Below are positions 12,057 through 26,000 of a DNA stretch of 38,722 bases, piece after piece; position 1 is the stretch's first letter, and every line of letters starts with the position of its first letter. Under the pieces are notes generated by a model. That model was given only the letters and a program-made list of their open reading frames with translations, was not told the DNA's origin and made no database searches. The stretch is from Rozella allomycis CSF55 (lineage: Eukaryota), in NCBI GenBank assembly GCA_000442015.1, contig KE561047.1, forward strand, positions 265,341-304,062. The letters run 5' to 3'. The translations under genes and the position numbers were made by a program.

Positions 12057-12696
12057 TTATTTATTCAAACGTAACATACTTTTCTGTCTCTCATGCATAA
12101 TAATAAATTCTTCCATAGATCTCTTATCTAGCGTTCGCTCTCCAGAGGAAATACGTTTCACTAGTGAAAGATATTTTTGAATTTCTTCAGATTCATTAAT
12201 ATTGTGATTGATATGAGATTTTATCTCTAAATATTTACTCACTACTTTTAAGACACACTACTATATACGCGCAATCTTTTTGTAACTTTGTCCCATTTCA
12301 TTGTACCCAGATGGGTAATCTAAAGGCTGGTATGAAGAACATTTCTGAAACCCGCTACTTATTATGAAAGCTGCATCCTTTAAAAAGGAATATATGAAAT
12401 GTTACTTTGGGAAGGTCCCCATTGTTTATCGGCATGAAGGGCTTTGGAATGGACCTAATGTTCCTTGATAGTGTTATGTATCTGTTAATGGACAAGATTA
12501 TTAAAATAAAAATCTATCAGGTAATGCATAATAGAACATCATTTACGAGTAAAATATATCCACCTCCTAAAACGAAAATAACACTAAAAGAATTTGTTGC
12601 CGTTAATAAAGAAATGGCTGTTATCAATGTGCAAACTACAGCAGATATCGCTAATGTGGTAAGGGCAAGCCGATACGCGGTTAATTTTATGGCCAT
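12057..12696 (-). CDS. Dlt1-like (defect at low temperature 1) membrane protein
   Basis: Two N-terminal hydrophobic helices followed by NRYITLSRNIRSIPKPFMPINNGDLPK, resembling the fungal Dlt1 motif from memory. Three short introns (the first is 12514-12546) join it to the 12057-12242 ORF. Confidence 0.55.
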
Positions 12697-12804
12697 TATT
12701 CCAAAAAATGGAATATTGACTATTTGAGTAACAAGGTTGAAATTTAATGTGAAGTTCAATTGAAAGATATTTTGATGTAATAAGTGTTTTTATTGATGAC
12801 CTAA

Positions 12805-13944
12805 TTAGATGCCTTCTTCCTTACAAAGAGAAGGACCTGCTCCACATTTCGCATGAATTATTTCCACCGGAATATTTGTTTTTGGAATATTTTCACCCAA
12901 TTCATTAACAATTGTAACACATTCATTAAAATCTCGAATGGACTTGAACTTTGTGACATCGACCAATTGTTTGAGTAACCGCACAACATCTCCTGTGTAC
13001 TTTGATCGCATGTATAATACAGGATTTGGTCCCGCATCGAAAGTGTAAGCAACTGCTGTTTCTCCTGCCATTCTATTGTACTCGTGCACAAACTCGATAA
13101 ACCATCTTGAATCTTCATTTAAATATATGATCGGAGGAAATGTATCCAAACAGACAGCATGAAACTGATTCGAATCTGCCATTGTTAAATTTGCAAATGT
13201 TTCGAAATCCTTGGCAATGATAGCTCTTTTCATCGTTTCCAGTTTCGCAGGCATACCCTCAACGCGATGTTTGAACAATGCTGAAGACTTTACGGTTTGT
13301 TGCATTCCTACTGTAGATCCAACCTTCTTCTTTTCAGATTTTACAATGCATACGAGAATATCAAGGTCTTCCCAACTGTCGCAAATACTATCCGCAACCG
13401 ATGTAGAGGAACTGTCACCTAAATGCCACTCAACAAGACCAGGAAAAAGAGAGCGACATGAAGATCCTGATCCAAGTCTTGCAAATTCTGACAATTCAGT
13501 TCTAGTCAGATATGCATCCAGGTGATACAACAATGATAAACAATACACAAGGCAAGAATACCCGCTGGCAGAAGAAGCGAGCCCAGCAGCTGTCGGAAAA
13601 GTGTTTCTTGATTTGATAGTAATAAAATGCCTGGGATCTGCAGGTGATTCTAGGGGACTTTCAGATTTGTATTTTATTTGCCTGTTGCCGCATCGTATGG
13701 CAATGTTTCGCATTTTATCAATGACTAGTTTCATGCGACCAGGGATTTCAACTAGTTCACCGTTTAGAACAAGAGAATCTTGCTTGATTTGTTCATTAGA
13801 CTCTACACAAGTGATAGTCTTGATGTGTTCCATAGAGAGAGTGACAGAAATAGAGCCGTTAGTTGGTAAATTTAGTTCAACATTTTCTTTTCCCCAATAC
13901 TTTATGACGGCGATGTTTACTGGAGACTGGCAAGTGATTTTCAT
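12805..13944 (-). CDS. MVD1: Diphosphomevalonate decarboxylase
   Basis: PVNIAVIKYWGK, NTFPTAAGLASSASG, ARLGSGSSCRS, DSNQFHAVCLDTFPPI, AYTFDAGPN; intronless. Confidence 0.95.
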   Translation of the reverse strand: MKITCQSPVNIAVIKYWGKENVELNLPTNGSISVTLSMEHIKTITCVESNEQIKQDSLVLNGELVEIPGRMKLVIDKMRNIAIRCGNRQIKYKSESPLESPADPRHFITIKSRNTFPTAAGLASSASGYSCLVYCLSLLYHLDAYLTRTELSEFARLGSGSSCRSLFPGLVEWHLGDSSSTSVADSICDSWEDLDILVCIVKSEKKKVGSTVGMQQTVKSSALFKHRVEGMPAKLETMKRAIIAKDFETFANLTMADSNQFHAVCLDTFPPIIYLNEDSRWFIEFVHEYNRMAGETAVAYTFDAGPNPVLYMRSKYTGDVVRLLKQLVDVTKFKSIRDFNECVTIVNELGENIPKTNIPVEIIHAKCGAGPSLCKEEGI

Positions 13945-14036
13945 CAATCTTGATTGCACCAAGAAAATTCCATTTTAGATCAAAATAAAATGACAAAATA
14001 ATCATTTGAAAAATATTAACATTTTTGAATTGATAT

Positions 14037-17000
14037 TTATTCAGTTTGATTTAGGACCAAACAAACACCTTGCAAAACCCAATGACTGGAATGTTCAGAG
14101 GTAGCGATATCAGCTTCAAAAACGAGTCCGACGCCCATAGCATTTCTTCTCTGCGAGGTAGTATAAACGGGTGTTTTCAAAGTGTTCATGAGTTTCAGCT
14201 TGTGCGACTCGATAGGAATAATTCTCAGAATAGGCAGTTCACAGCTCATCGGGCCACCGGGAACCATTTTAGCCAGACAATTCTTTTCAGCATCCCAGGT
14301 AGCACCTTCCAGAAACAATCCACGGGCGTAGCATCCAAAATTGGGGCGTTCGGGAACCTGGTCAATGTCCTTGTACGTTGTGACCTGAGTGTACAGAGTA
14401 GAGCGGTCCAGTGGCCAACCGTTTTTGCGACATGTAGTTTGAACGAGAGCAGTTAGATAAGCCTCGGGGATGTGTAAGCCTGACAGCCACATGACCATTG
14501 GTTCACCTGATTTAGCCCAGGAGTTGTACTGCTGGTATCGTTTTTCAAAATGGACCATCCAATCGCCTAAATTTTTCAGAGTTTCTGGAGCCAGCTGTCT
14601 CCACATGAAGGGAAGTTGACCATTGTAGAGAGAATTTGCAAGATCGTCGAGAGATTGGGACATTCCGATTTCACCTTTGAGAGCTCTAGCCAATTCCTTT
14701 AAACTTGATTGCATGGTGTCTACAAGAGTGTTGAATCTTTCCAATTCTTGCAGGAGAACAATTTGTGTTGGCGAAGGAGTGCCAAATGTTTTGTATAGTC
14801 TAGCGATATCAAAGAGAGGAGGCAAGCGTGATTGAATATCCAAAGCGATAGAGTTTATGTAGTCTTCTCGGCTTGTTCCCAGAGCGGAAGAGTTTGTTCT
14901 TGGCTGTAGACTGATCAAGAATTGCCACATTTCTTTAACAGAGTTGGACAAGTACCCAATTTCAGCATTGGAGTGAAGACCGAATACTTCAGGTGAGTTG
15001 TTTAAAGGAAGAGATTCAATGTATTCAAGAAATGCATCCCTGGAGGTTGCTTTAGGAATTGAATAGTCGACCAAAGAATTTGAATAGAAATGAAAAGGTT
15101 GAAAAGAATCGAACAGAAAGTCACCCAAGTATTCGCCAAGATAAGTCATCAAAACTCTTCTATCGTAATCATCAGTGACTCTTCCACCATAAATAGTTTC
15201 GCCGATTAAATACTTGATGCTTTCCCATGGCACTTTAGATTCATTGTTTGTAATCATTTGATTTAGATAAGTTTTGAGAATATTTAAAGAGACTCTGAAA
15301 TCAGATTCATTGAAATCGTATTTAACATTCCAGCCAATTTTGCCATACTTGCTTCTCTCTTGAACAACAGCGTGAAAGAATGCTACAACAAAGACTAACG
15401 GTCTATAATAAGAATGTGCAGATTCAGAGAGCATATCATTTGTTAATCTATAATAATTAGATCTTAAATTCAATTTGAGACCATTTGGCGGTTCAGTGAC
15501 AACTTTGAGCGATCTTTGTAGGATGCCAATAGGAAAACTAGAAATAGGTTCAGTTGTAAGCCACAATCTAAAATCTTTGTGAGGCTTATCAATCTTATCT
15601 AAATATTTTTCCAAAGATTTCAACCAATTCAACAAGAGATGGCAATTCTGAAGCATAATCCATTGGCCTCTAAGAATAGCGGTTTCTAACAATTGCATAG
15701 CTACTGGCGCTTGGCCCTGACCAAGAGAAACAAATTTCAATCTGTTTCCAGCGAATCCTACAGCTTCAGCTAGTTTAGTCAAGTCAGCAGCTGGATCAGC
15801 ACCAGGACTCAGAATAAAAACAACAGGAATAAATGGCGTTGTTTGGTCCCAAATATTTTGATAGTTTATTACTGGCGGTGTGACATACTTTTCACCAAGC
15901 GTATTAATAACAAATCTTGTCATTGCGTTGAATACTCTATCTACTCTGAAACATCTCAATAAACACAATTTCTGAAATTCCGTTAATTCTTTATCAAATG
16001 GAATTTGTTCAACTTCAGTTAATTCAGATTCAGCCCATTGCTTCCATTTAGCTTCATTGTTGGAAATTGAATCAATAATAAACTTGAAAGTGTCATTCAA
16101 AGAAGAAAGTCTATTCAAATCTTTCCATCCTTGCGCTGTAATCCAATTAAATGGTTTATCTTTGGGATTCTCAATTGAAACATTTCCTATCAATTACCCA
16201 AATCTATTTTAAATACCCTTGTAGAAAAAGTCTAGTTCATTTGAATCAATTAAACCATCGCCATCCAGCAACTTTACAGTCATTTGAAACGAAAACATTA
16301 ATTTATGCTTCTCAAACAATCCAGTGCACACATAATTATAAACATTAATCTTCAACGTTTCGATTATTTTATTCAATCGCTTAGCTAGAACAGGATCAGG
16401 TCTACTTTTAGCCAGCGACATGTGGAACACTTCAAGAAACGCATTTAGTGAATATTCATACATTGGATTAATCGCTGGCAGTTCACTCAAAACAAAAAAC
16501 AAAATAGCTCCACCTAAACTAAAATTTAATACATTTGATTACATTTAGCAACTGGTCTATATGCATCACGAGAAGCTTCAACTTCCAACGACGTCTGATT
16601 CGCCAATATCAACTTTTGTGCAATTTCATTAGCTTTTGATTTAGTTTCTTCCAACGTTTTAATCAATTCAATGTTATCCAACATCAATCCAGTTGAAGAC
16701 GCCAATTCCCTCAACAATGTATTTTCCAATTCCTCCAACAATGATTTATTCTTGCTCATTTCCAACACTAATTTCTCTCGCTGCTCCTCCAACTCTTTTC
16801 TTTCATGGCCAACAACAACATTCAGCAATTGATCCTGCAACCCTTTCAAAGTCACACTGTAATTAATAATCATCGCAGAACCAAACAGTTTAGGCGAGAA
16901 TGATGGATTAGATAGCTTTGTCGTCAAGTACAATCTAAAATTCGGATCATAGTCTACTTCCTTGTCACCCAACACTATAAACTTTCTTGACCCCTGAACT

Positions 17001-20000
17001 TTGATATTCTTTTCCAAAACATTATCAATTACAGGGTCAATGTACTCATCAACATCTTCAAACAGAAACGGCAACCCATAAGTGATCGCCAACTCTAATT
17101 GTTTAAGAAAATCATGATCATTAAATGAAGACACTTTTAAATTGTTGTTCATTTCTCTCTTTTTAATCCAATGCAACGCCTGCTGCTGTGGATCAATACA
17201 AATTGGAAATCTAGATGCTTTGGTTGTCAATATCCCATTCTGAATAGACAATTCATCCTGTGGCAATGACTCTGATGCCCATCTACTAATCTCAACATCT
17301 GTAGTCTGAAATTTCTCAATTTTAAAATCATTTGACAGGGGTATATTTCTATTCTTTAAATCATTAAACCATTTGTTATAAACCAACTCAGTCCTAAATT
17401 CCCAATTAAATGCACCAGTGTAGCTCATAAACGCAGCGAGTAACAAACAATTCCCAACCAGCTCAATTTTCTGTGATTTCAAATAATCCAAATCTTTTGA
17501 CCATCTAATCCTCTCAGATTCCAGTCCAGAGATCAACTTATCAGCCGCAGCCAATCTTCTCTCCATTAACGCAGCCATTTCCTTCAATTCAACTTGCTCA
17601 GATTTAGCTTTTTGGAACTGATCTTGCAACTGTTTCAATTCATTATTAAGCTTTTGCAACTCTCTAGTAATATCATTATATTCTTGCAAACTTTCAGCCA
17701 AATTCTTTTCCAACGTAGCTACAGCTTGTCTTTTAGGTGCAATCAACTTTGCCACATTGCAATAGCCAACCACTGCTAGAACAAATTTCAATAATCCTGC
17801 CCCAGCAACTGATATTTCCTTCATTCTTTCCAGCGTTATTTCTGTTTCTCTTAGAACATTTTTAACATTCTTTATTTGCTCAGTGGAAATGGAATCAACA
17901 TCCATCGTCATCAAACTAGTCTTAAAATCACCTATTGTAAAAGATTAACATTGAATACCAGCAGCCATCATTCCTTTGGCACTCTTCCACGATACATCCT
18001 TTATATTCTTCAAAATACAAATACATTCACAAACCTTTTCACAATTAAATAAATTTTATACTTTTTGAACTTCTTTTGGTGGTTTAGCAAACGATCTAAT
18101 TTCTGTAATTTCAGAACTACTTAGATTTTGTAGAGCCAATTTAGCTTCTTCTAGAGCAGGCAATGCTTCAGCTAGAGCAACTTCAGCTTCTTCTTTATCT
18201 TTAGCTATTTGTAAATTTTGTGCATTCAATTCTCCCTCTTTTCTTGTAGCCAATTCTTTCTTTTCTTCAGCTACTGCTGTATTTGTTGTAATAATTTCCA
18301 ATAGTTTGTTACAAGCTTCAGTTTTGTTCCTTACAGCGATATTCTGTTCAGCCAATTTTTCATTCAAATCATCCAACTGCCTGCTACTCTCTTCCAACTT
18401 GTCTAGACCAGATTCTAATCTTGTACACAACTGCAAATTTTCTTGTCTTTTTTCTTTTAATAGTTTAAAGAAATTGTTAATGTAATCTAGATAATTCTTT
18501 GGTGTCATGAAACAAGATCGTTTGTATTTAATGTAGAAATCTTGTCCTGCTGTGCCTGCTGATTGATGAACAAATACCATGTGGCCAACTATTTCCTTTT
18601 TGTATTCTTTTGGTATCATTTCATCTGTCAACACTGACAAGAATGCTTCTGCTACTGAAAACAGAGCTTGCTGGGGCCACGGTGGAAACCAATTAATAAC
18701 AGTATTATTAACCAAACCTTTTATTAAATAAAACAATTAATTTACCTAGATTAATTAAAGTCTTTAATCTTTACCTGGAAAGTTTCTACATCGAGTTCTT
18801 AATAAATCACCATTAGGCGACATACACAACACAATATGCAGATTCTCGGCACATTTATTAATAAAATAATTCCAAATTTTCTCTTTTGATTGAATATTAA
18901 ATTTAGCAGCTTCATCTCTAATCCCCGAAATAATCCCATCCTTTTCATCATCAGCAAACAATGCTGGAACATACCCACTAGTTAGAATATTATTAATAGA
19001 CTCTAAAAACCCTTCCTGAATAATCTGCGCATCAGTCAGCATGAAGACCAACTTTTTGTTATCCAGTCCAATCATCTTATAAACTTCTTTTAAATTCTCT
19101 TTGAATTCTACTTCACCATAACCTCTGCTCAGTGTTATTTCATAGATTGAATAGCCAGCTGTAAATGAAGCCAATTTTGTTAATGACTGTTTACCACTTC
19201 CAGCTACACCAACCAACAATCCATGACCCCTGTTCATTCTAATGATTCTATGGATTCGTATTAAATGTTCCAATGCATCATCAAACAAGACTAAATTCAT
19301 TGGTTTATTCTTTATATTGTATTCTTCTATTATTTCCTGTATAATAAACTTGACAGCAGTGAAATCCAGTAAATCTTCATACAACCTTGCATTCTCTTCC
19401 TGAATCGCATGTCTGAAATCTCCAAATAAGATTGGATCTTTTGTGGCATAATCAAATTCACTTTCAAATAATTCTAAAATGATTTTATTGATTTGATCAG
19501 AAACTAATTTCTTATCTTGATCTGATATCAACCTATCATGAAATATCCTCAATGATTCATTCCTCCACAATCTAATTATTCTCTCATTTGAATCAAAATG
19601 ATCAGGCGTTGAATTACACAACCCTTGAAACACTCTTGAAATATCTCTCATATTAAACAAATAATGAAATTTGCTGGGCGTTGGTGGCAATTTATTCTGT
19701 ACAATTGAATAAAGCTTTAATGTTGCTGAAACGAGATTATTCACATTGCTAAATATTTCTTGCTTGAATACTCCAAAGTGACCATTCAAAATTGATGTGA
19801 ATATTTTCTGTAATGATAAATCTTTTGGAAATGAAATGTTAAAGATATTAAATAAACTCATAAATCTTGAATCTACTTGTGATCTACCCCCTCCAGGTGG
19901 TCCCATCGCTGCTAGGAATTGAACATCCTTTAAATATTTCCAATTCAATTCTTTTCCTCTATCATACAATCCTCCCTTTTCTATCAATAACTTTAACAAT

Positions 20001-23000
20001 GCAATTGGTTGTTGAGTTCCATAAATATCTTTCTGTGGCATATTCAAATCATCCACAAACACTATCAATCTTTTACCTGGATTATAAGTGTAAATCATTT
20101 ATACCTAATATTAAATTAATGAATCTTTCGTACCTGCTGTTGGGCCATAAGTATCCTTTGTTCTCTTTTCAACATTAGCTTCCAAATTCACTTGAACATC
20201 CATCGAACTAGTTCTACTGCTAAAATTCATATTCAACAAAATATTCTTTTCATCAGACAAATTTCTCAAATAATGCTGCACAGTAACAGTTTTGCAACAT
20301 CCAACACCCCCAATAAACAATGCCGGCTTTTTATTAGAAACTGTCTTTTCTAACAACCAACAATGTCTCATAACATCCATCGTGGGCACTAGTATCTCAT
20401 GCCACTTTAGACTCCTGTCATGCTTGTATTCTGGTACATAGGTATTCCAACTCTGCCATTTACATTCATTCACATCAAAATGGTAATCATAAATAGTTCT
20501 ATCACCACCTGGTAACTCACCAACTGTTATTGGTTGCGCCAATGTAGTAATTAGAGTCATTTCAGACAGTTTCTTTATAACATTATCAAATCTCTCCCTA
20601 TCTTGTTCAATCAACACTCCACCAATAGACCACACAATACACTCTATGAATACAGCTTCAATCATTTCTGGTGTGAAATTAACATTCACATTCAGAACAC
20701 TCTCCAATAAATTACACAGTTGGAATATGTAGTTGCATGTTGATACATTCACTATTGTTTTAGGTGGTTTGCCTACAAACCCTTCAAACACTCCCTCTGT
20801 TATAAATTCAATAGCCATTGGAACATATTTAACAAAATATTTAGATAATATTTCTCCTTCTGTTTTGTTTCCCCTTTGATTAATCCATTTCTGAAAGTAT
20901 GGTTTATAGCCTAAATTCTTTGGATCCATATAAACCTTTTTGAGAAGTAAGATAAACAATTACCTATGTTAACATTTCAATCATTTCATTACCTATGTTA
21001 ACACTTCAATCATTTCATTACCATTCCACATCTACTAATCGTTGCAGGCGAGGCATACTGCAAATCACCAACCTCAAACAACAACGAAACATGCTTCTGC
21101 AATCTAATTCTCTCTCCATTTGGCAACGTCAATATCTTATTATCATCCATCACTGAATTCATATTCTCCACCCAAACAGCATCAACATCCCCATCAAACA
21201 AGATATACTTTCTTTCCTGTATCGAATATTTAAATAATGATTACCTTTTTATCTGTTGGCTTGTTGCATTCTCTAAATATATTCGACAACAATCCATCAG
21301 TCCAGTCACGCGTATTTGGATCCAGTATGCCATACAATTCATGCACTGACACAGCCTTGGCATTCAATGTATACAACTTTGTTGCTAGCCCTAGTTTCGA
21401 TTGTGCTTTGGCCAACGTCTCAATCACTACACTCTTACCACCCTGTGTTGGCCCAACAACCTCATTATAACACACAAACATTCATACCATTGTTGTATGT
21501 CTAGTCATCATTGTCTCATACAATTGAATAACCTTGTCAACCTGCTCTGGCACAATTATATAGTCTCCCTCTCTCAAACACTCTTCAACCGCATCATTAA
21601 AACTGGGATACCGGACTCTTGGACAATCTAACCCTGGAAACAGATCAGAGATCAATCCAAGAAACAATGGAACATCGTCAAATATAAATTTAGGCAGATT
21701 CATATCTCTTAACGCTCTCATTAAAACAACATCTTCGTTTAAATCAGGTGAAGATCTTTTCAACTGGCCAGCCATCACAAGAACACTCTTCAAAGCTCTT
21801 AAACCGAAATCGTAGTGATGTTGTCGTGATAATTGTCCTTTTGCTAGTTTGTACAATACAACCATCTTTTTCGCTAGTAATTTGGCCATTGTAAAACCTT
21901 CAGAAAATAACATTATTTCACAAATCAATTCCAAGTCAGGCACAACCATAACAACAGGTCTGAACAAGGCTTTCAAATTATCTGGCAATTCAGTTCTCCC
22001 AGCATACCCAGGATTCTATTAAAGTTTCAAACCTCTATTTACCATTGTAATGTGAAGAGTAACTTTCTTATCAAGAGCAATTTCATTCCCTTCAAACTGA
22101 AACCTCTTCAATCCAAGAGACAGAGCATTTTGAATAGTTTTAACCTGCGCTTGAATAACAGACAAGACAGCCAATTCAATTCTATTAAATTCATCAAAAC
22201 AACCCCAAGCACCCGTTTGACAAAGACCAGAAAATATTTTTCCCATTGCTTTAAAGTCTAATCCTTCACCACAGTTAGTAACAATACACAAACAGCCCAT
22301 CGCTTTGGCTAAATCTTTAACAGTCTCTGTCTTTCCTGTTCCAGCAGGACCTAAAGTTTAGATTTAAAATGTGAATTACCAGCAGGAGAACCACCAAGTT
22401 TTAGAGAGATTGCCAGAGTTAAAGTCAAGTAGCATCTATCGGTTAAAGGAGTGATGACTAGTCTTCCATTTAAACCCATGTACTCATGACCATAATCAAA
22501 TACTCCATTGCATTGCTTAACAAGGATATCATCAATATTTTTATCCCAATAGAATCTCAGTTGACTTGACCATTGAAAGTCTTGTGAATCAATAACACTG
22601 TCTCTAACAAATTTGTCAATAATGTCTCTAGCATGAACATCAACAATAATCTGCGTATTAATTTTCCTTCTATCATTTGAATTCAAATCTGATCGCACTT
22701 GCACGACTAGGTCTTCCAATTGAGATTGTAACAATTTGCTGTATTTCTTCATTGCCAATTTATCGCCACTTTTTATTTTATCAAATGAATCTTCAACACC
22801 AAACGTCCACCACACTTGAGACCCAGCTAAGCCAACCATTCCTTGGTATTTGTACAACCAATCTTTTCTATCCATTGTGACATAATAATAAATAGCTTCT
22901 TTATGAATTAATCTATTCGTTCTTTTCATTTCATTTTGAACGCTTGTCATCCATTCTTCAACTCTACCAACAGCTGGCACTGGCTGCACAAACTCTAACA

Positions 23001-26000
23001 CTTCGCCTTCAGTTGATTGCATTCCAACAACATTCTTTTCATTCCTACCAGTTCCAAACTGCAACTTTAAAACATTATCAAACATCTTTATTATATGTTC
23101 TTGAATACTTTTTGGATCATGACTACCAAGAATACTCAACAATTCATCATCACTAATGAAAAAGAATCTTGGGAATGCATTTCTCTTGGATTCTAAATAA
23201 TCACTTAAACTCTTTTGACAACTTTCTAATTGTTCTGATAACTCTTGCAACACTTGCAGTCTATTATCTGAATTACATGCATCCAACACATTGTTATTCT
23301 TTGCAGTGTCACTCATTATCTTTTTAAATGATTTATCAATCTTGTCAAACTTTAATGCTTCTTCAGGTAATCTATTTAATACAAAATAACATTGTTACTG
23401 TTGTCTGATGTCTCCACTTCCAATGAAAATACTTTCCAAGTACATCCACTTTCTTTGCACAACCATCCAAACATCTGTAACTTCTCCAATATGTGACAAA
23501 ATCTTTTCCCATTTCTGAACAATTGGCAAAAATGGAATCGCAAACTTTGATGCACTCATACTCTGCAAATTCATCGCATTATCATCCAACAGTGTTATAA
23601 TCTCATCTATTGCCCCCAGAATAAACCCTCTATCATCATTCCCTTTAATAACATTCAATTAACACTCTTACCTTTGGTATATTTAACAAGTGTAAATTTA
23701 ATATTCTTCCAAGTAACTTCAACTTCCTTTAGTCCATTCTCAATACTCAACTCTTTATTAGCAGCACCCACAATCTCTCCAATACTCTCTGAATGTTCAT
23801 GCAAATTCATACTAAACAATTTCTCAAGCGTAAATGTTTCAGGATTCATATCAAACTGTTTACCTCTTCAACAAAAACAATTCAAATTACCTGTAATCTC
23901 CATCAACTTTTTCCAATGTCTTTCTCTCAATGCTTCATTCTTCAAATCAGAGTACAATGGAATAGAATCCTTAAAAGAATTAATGTTCGCTGCAACAATA
24001 TTAAATGGTCCCATTTGTTTAATCTCTTTTGGCAACTTTTTCAATCTCAACACAAATGTTTCAATCGTTTTATTCATTGATGAAATATCAATCAACGACC
24101 ACAAAGACTTGCTCCATCCCATAACAGCCTTTTTCACATCATTATAAAGCTCATAAATGCCACTCAACAAAATCATCTCATTTTCCAAATCATACAAATC
24201 AGAAAACGTTGAAACATCCAAATTAAACAACTTTTCGGCTGAAACTAGATTCTCCCTTCTTTGTTGAAACTTTACAATCATTTCTTTCGCTGTACTCAAC
24301 TGCGTAGTTCCCAAATCTAAATCCTTGTCTTGCATCCTCGGCCCATGCTTTATAAAATCATCCAAAAATGTTTTAATCTCCATTTTCAATTCATTCACTT
24401 GTCTTATCGTCGCTTCAGTAAACTTTTTCTTAATTGGTATCAACGATCGATCCAGCCCCTTGGCTTTCTCTGTCACTTCATTCCATCCCTCAACCAGTCC
24501 ATTAGCTCTTTCCACTTGATCTTCTTCAACTTTGATATCATAGATAATCAACGTTCTATAACTCTCAATAATGTCTCTATATTTAATCTCCATTTCTTCT
24601 CCAATCTCCCTCACTTGGCTAATCACACTCAATATAAACGTCAGCTGCTCCAACGTCTCTGGAGTCTTTGACAACTCTTCATGAAACTTTGCATACTTAT
24701 CCTCCATGGCATTCAAATCTTGCAACACTGAATCGTTCAACAATTTCCCTATAGATGCGATCCACGATTGCGCCTCATTATATATTGCTGATTGCAAGGG
24801 TGAACTAATCACTTTGATAAAATCAATCTTTTTAAATGTTATCTGCGTTTCAACATCCTTTGCCAACTTGAAATAAAACACCAACTTTTCATCATAAGAA
24901 ATAAACGACGGCTTCTTTTGAGCAAACTTTTCCAAAGTGATTGTCTTGTCCACTTTCCACAATGGCCGGTATCTCCTCCATGAATCCAAATACTTTACAA
25001 GCCCATTAAACGTTCTAGTCAGCGCCTGATTAATCTGAACCATTATTGCAACTATATTAGCATTGGCCACAACATCCGAATAATAACTAAAAATAAATGG
25101 CTCCTCTTCATCAACTATCTTTTGTGGTGGTGTCAAGATACAAGTGCCATTCTGCCATCTAACAAACTTTTTCGTAGCTTCAACAACTGATCTAACAAAT
25201 TTTATAGTCATCTTTTGAATATCAATCATATTAGGCGACAAAACAATCTCTGGGGCACTTAAACTGGCACTCACTTTAAACAAGGGTTCATGTCTCATCT
25301 TCAACTTCTTCTTCACAACAACACTCCCTGCCTTTTTCATCAACGTTAAACTAAACATTGACGCCAATTGATACAAACTTGTTATCACCATTTGATTCAA
25401 CGCTACAAATATCTTCTTCTCCCAATGTGCATAATAATTTCTCAGCTGCGGTGATCTCCCCGTATTAGTGTTCGCTACCATGCTCTCCATTTTAATCATC
25501 AACGGGGTTATACTCGTATACTTTTGCACCAACCCATCAACAATCACATTCTTACTCTTATTCATACTCTCAAAAAATTCCTATTCATCAAACATCAAAT
25601 ATCTTACTTGCGCATCCATTAATTCTTCATCTTTCAATGATGGCTCCTTCAATAATGTAGCCTTGGCTATTGAATCAACGGCATGCGCTATATTCGTAGC
25701 ATTCTTATGCACTTGGTTAACCAACGCAGCAAACTTGCTGATTTCTTGATTTGCCCGCTGCAAAAAGTCTGTAATGCCAAGTGAATTCCAATTTAATCTA
25801 GTCAACCCTGGCTTTAACACTCTTTTCAACCCCTGGATCTGTTCAACAAGCAGCTTCTTTTCTGCCGAATCCAACATGTTCAATTGCTCATTATAACTTT
25901 TCAACATCATAGAAAGTTGCTCAACATACGAATGATACTTTTCTTCTTGCAGTGCTATATTCAAAGCTGACGATGGAATAGTGAAGTTCATTCTATCTAA

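Noticed and set aside
13211-14456. Plus-strand ORFs of 104-128 aa opposite MVD1 and the dynein 3' end, and similar antisense ORFs throughout
   Set aside because: Shadow ORFs of well-conserved genes on the other strand, with no independent family signal.
20964-21021. 29-bp direct repeat as a CRISPR-like array
   Set aside because: Only two abutting copies with no spacers, inside a eukaryotic intron.
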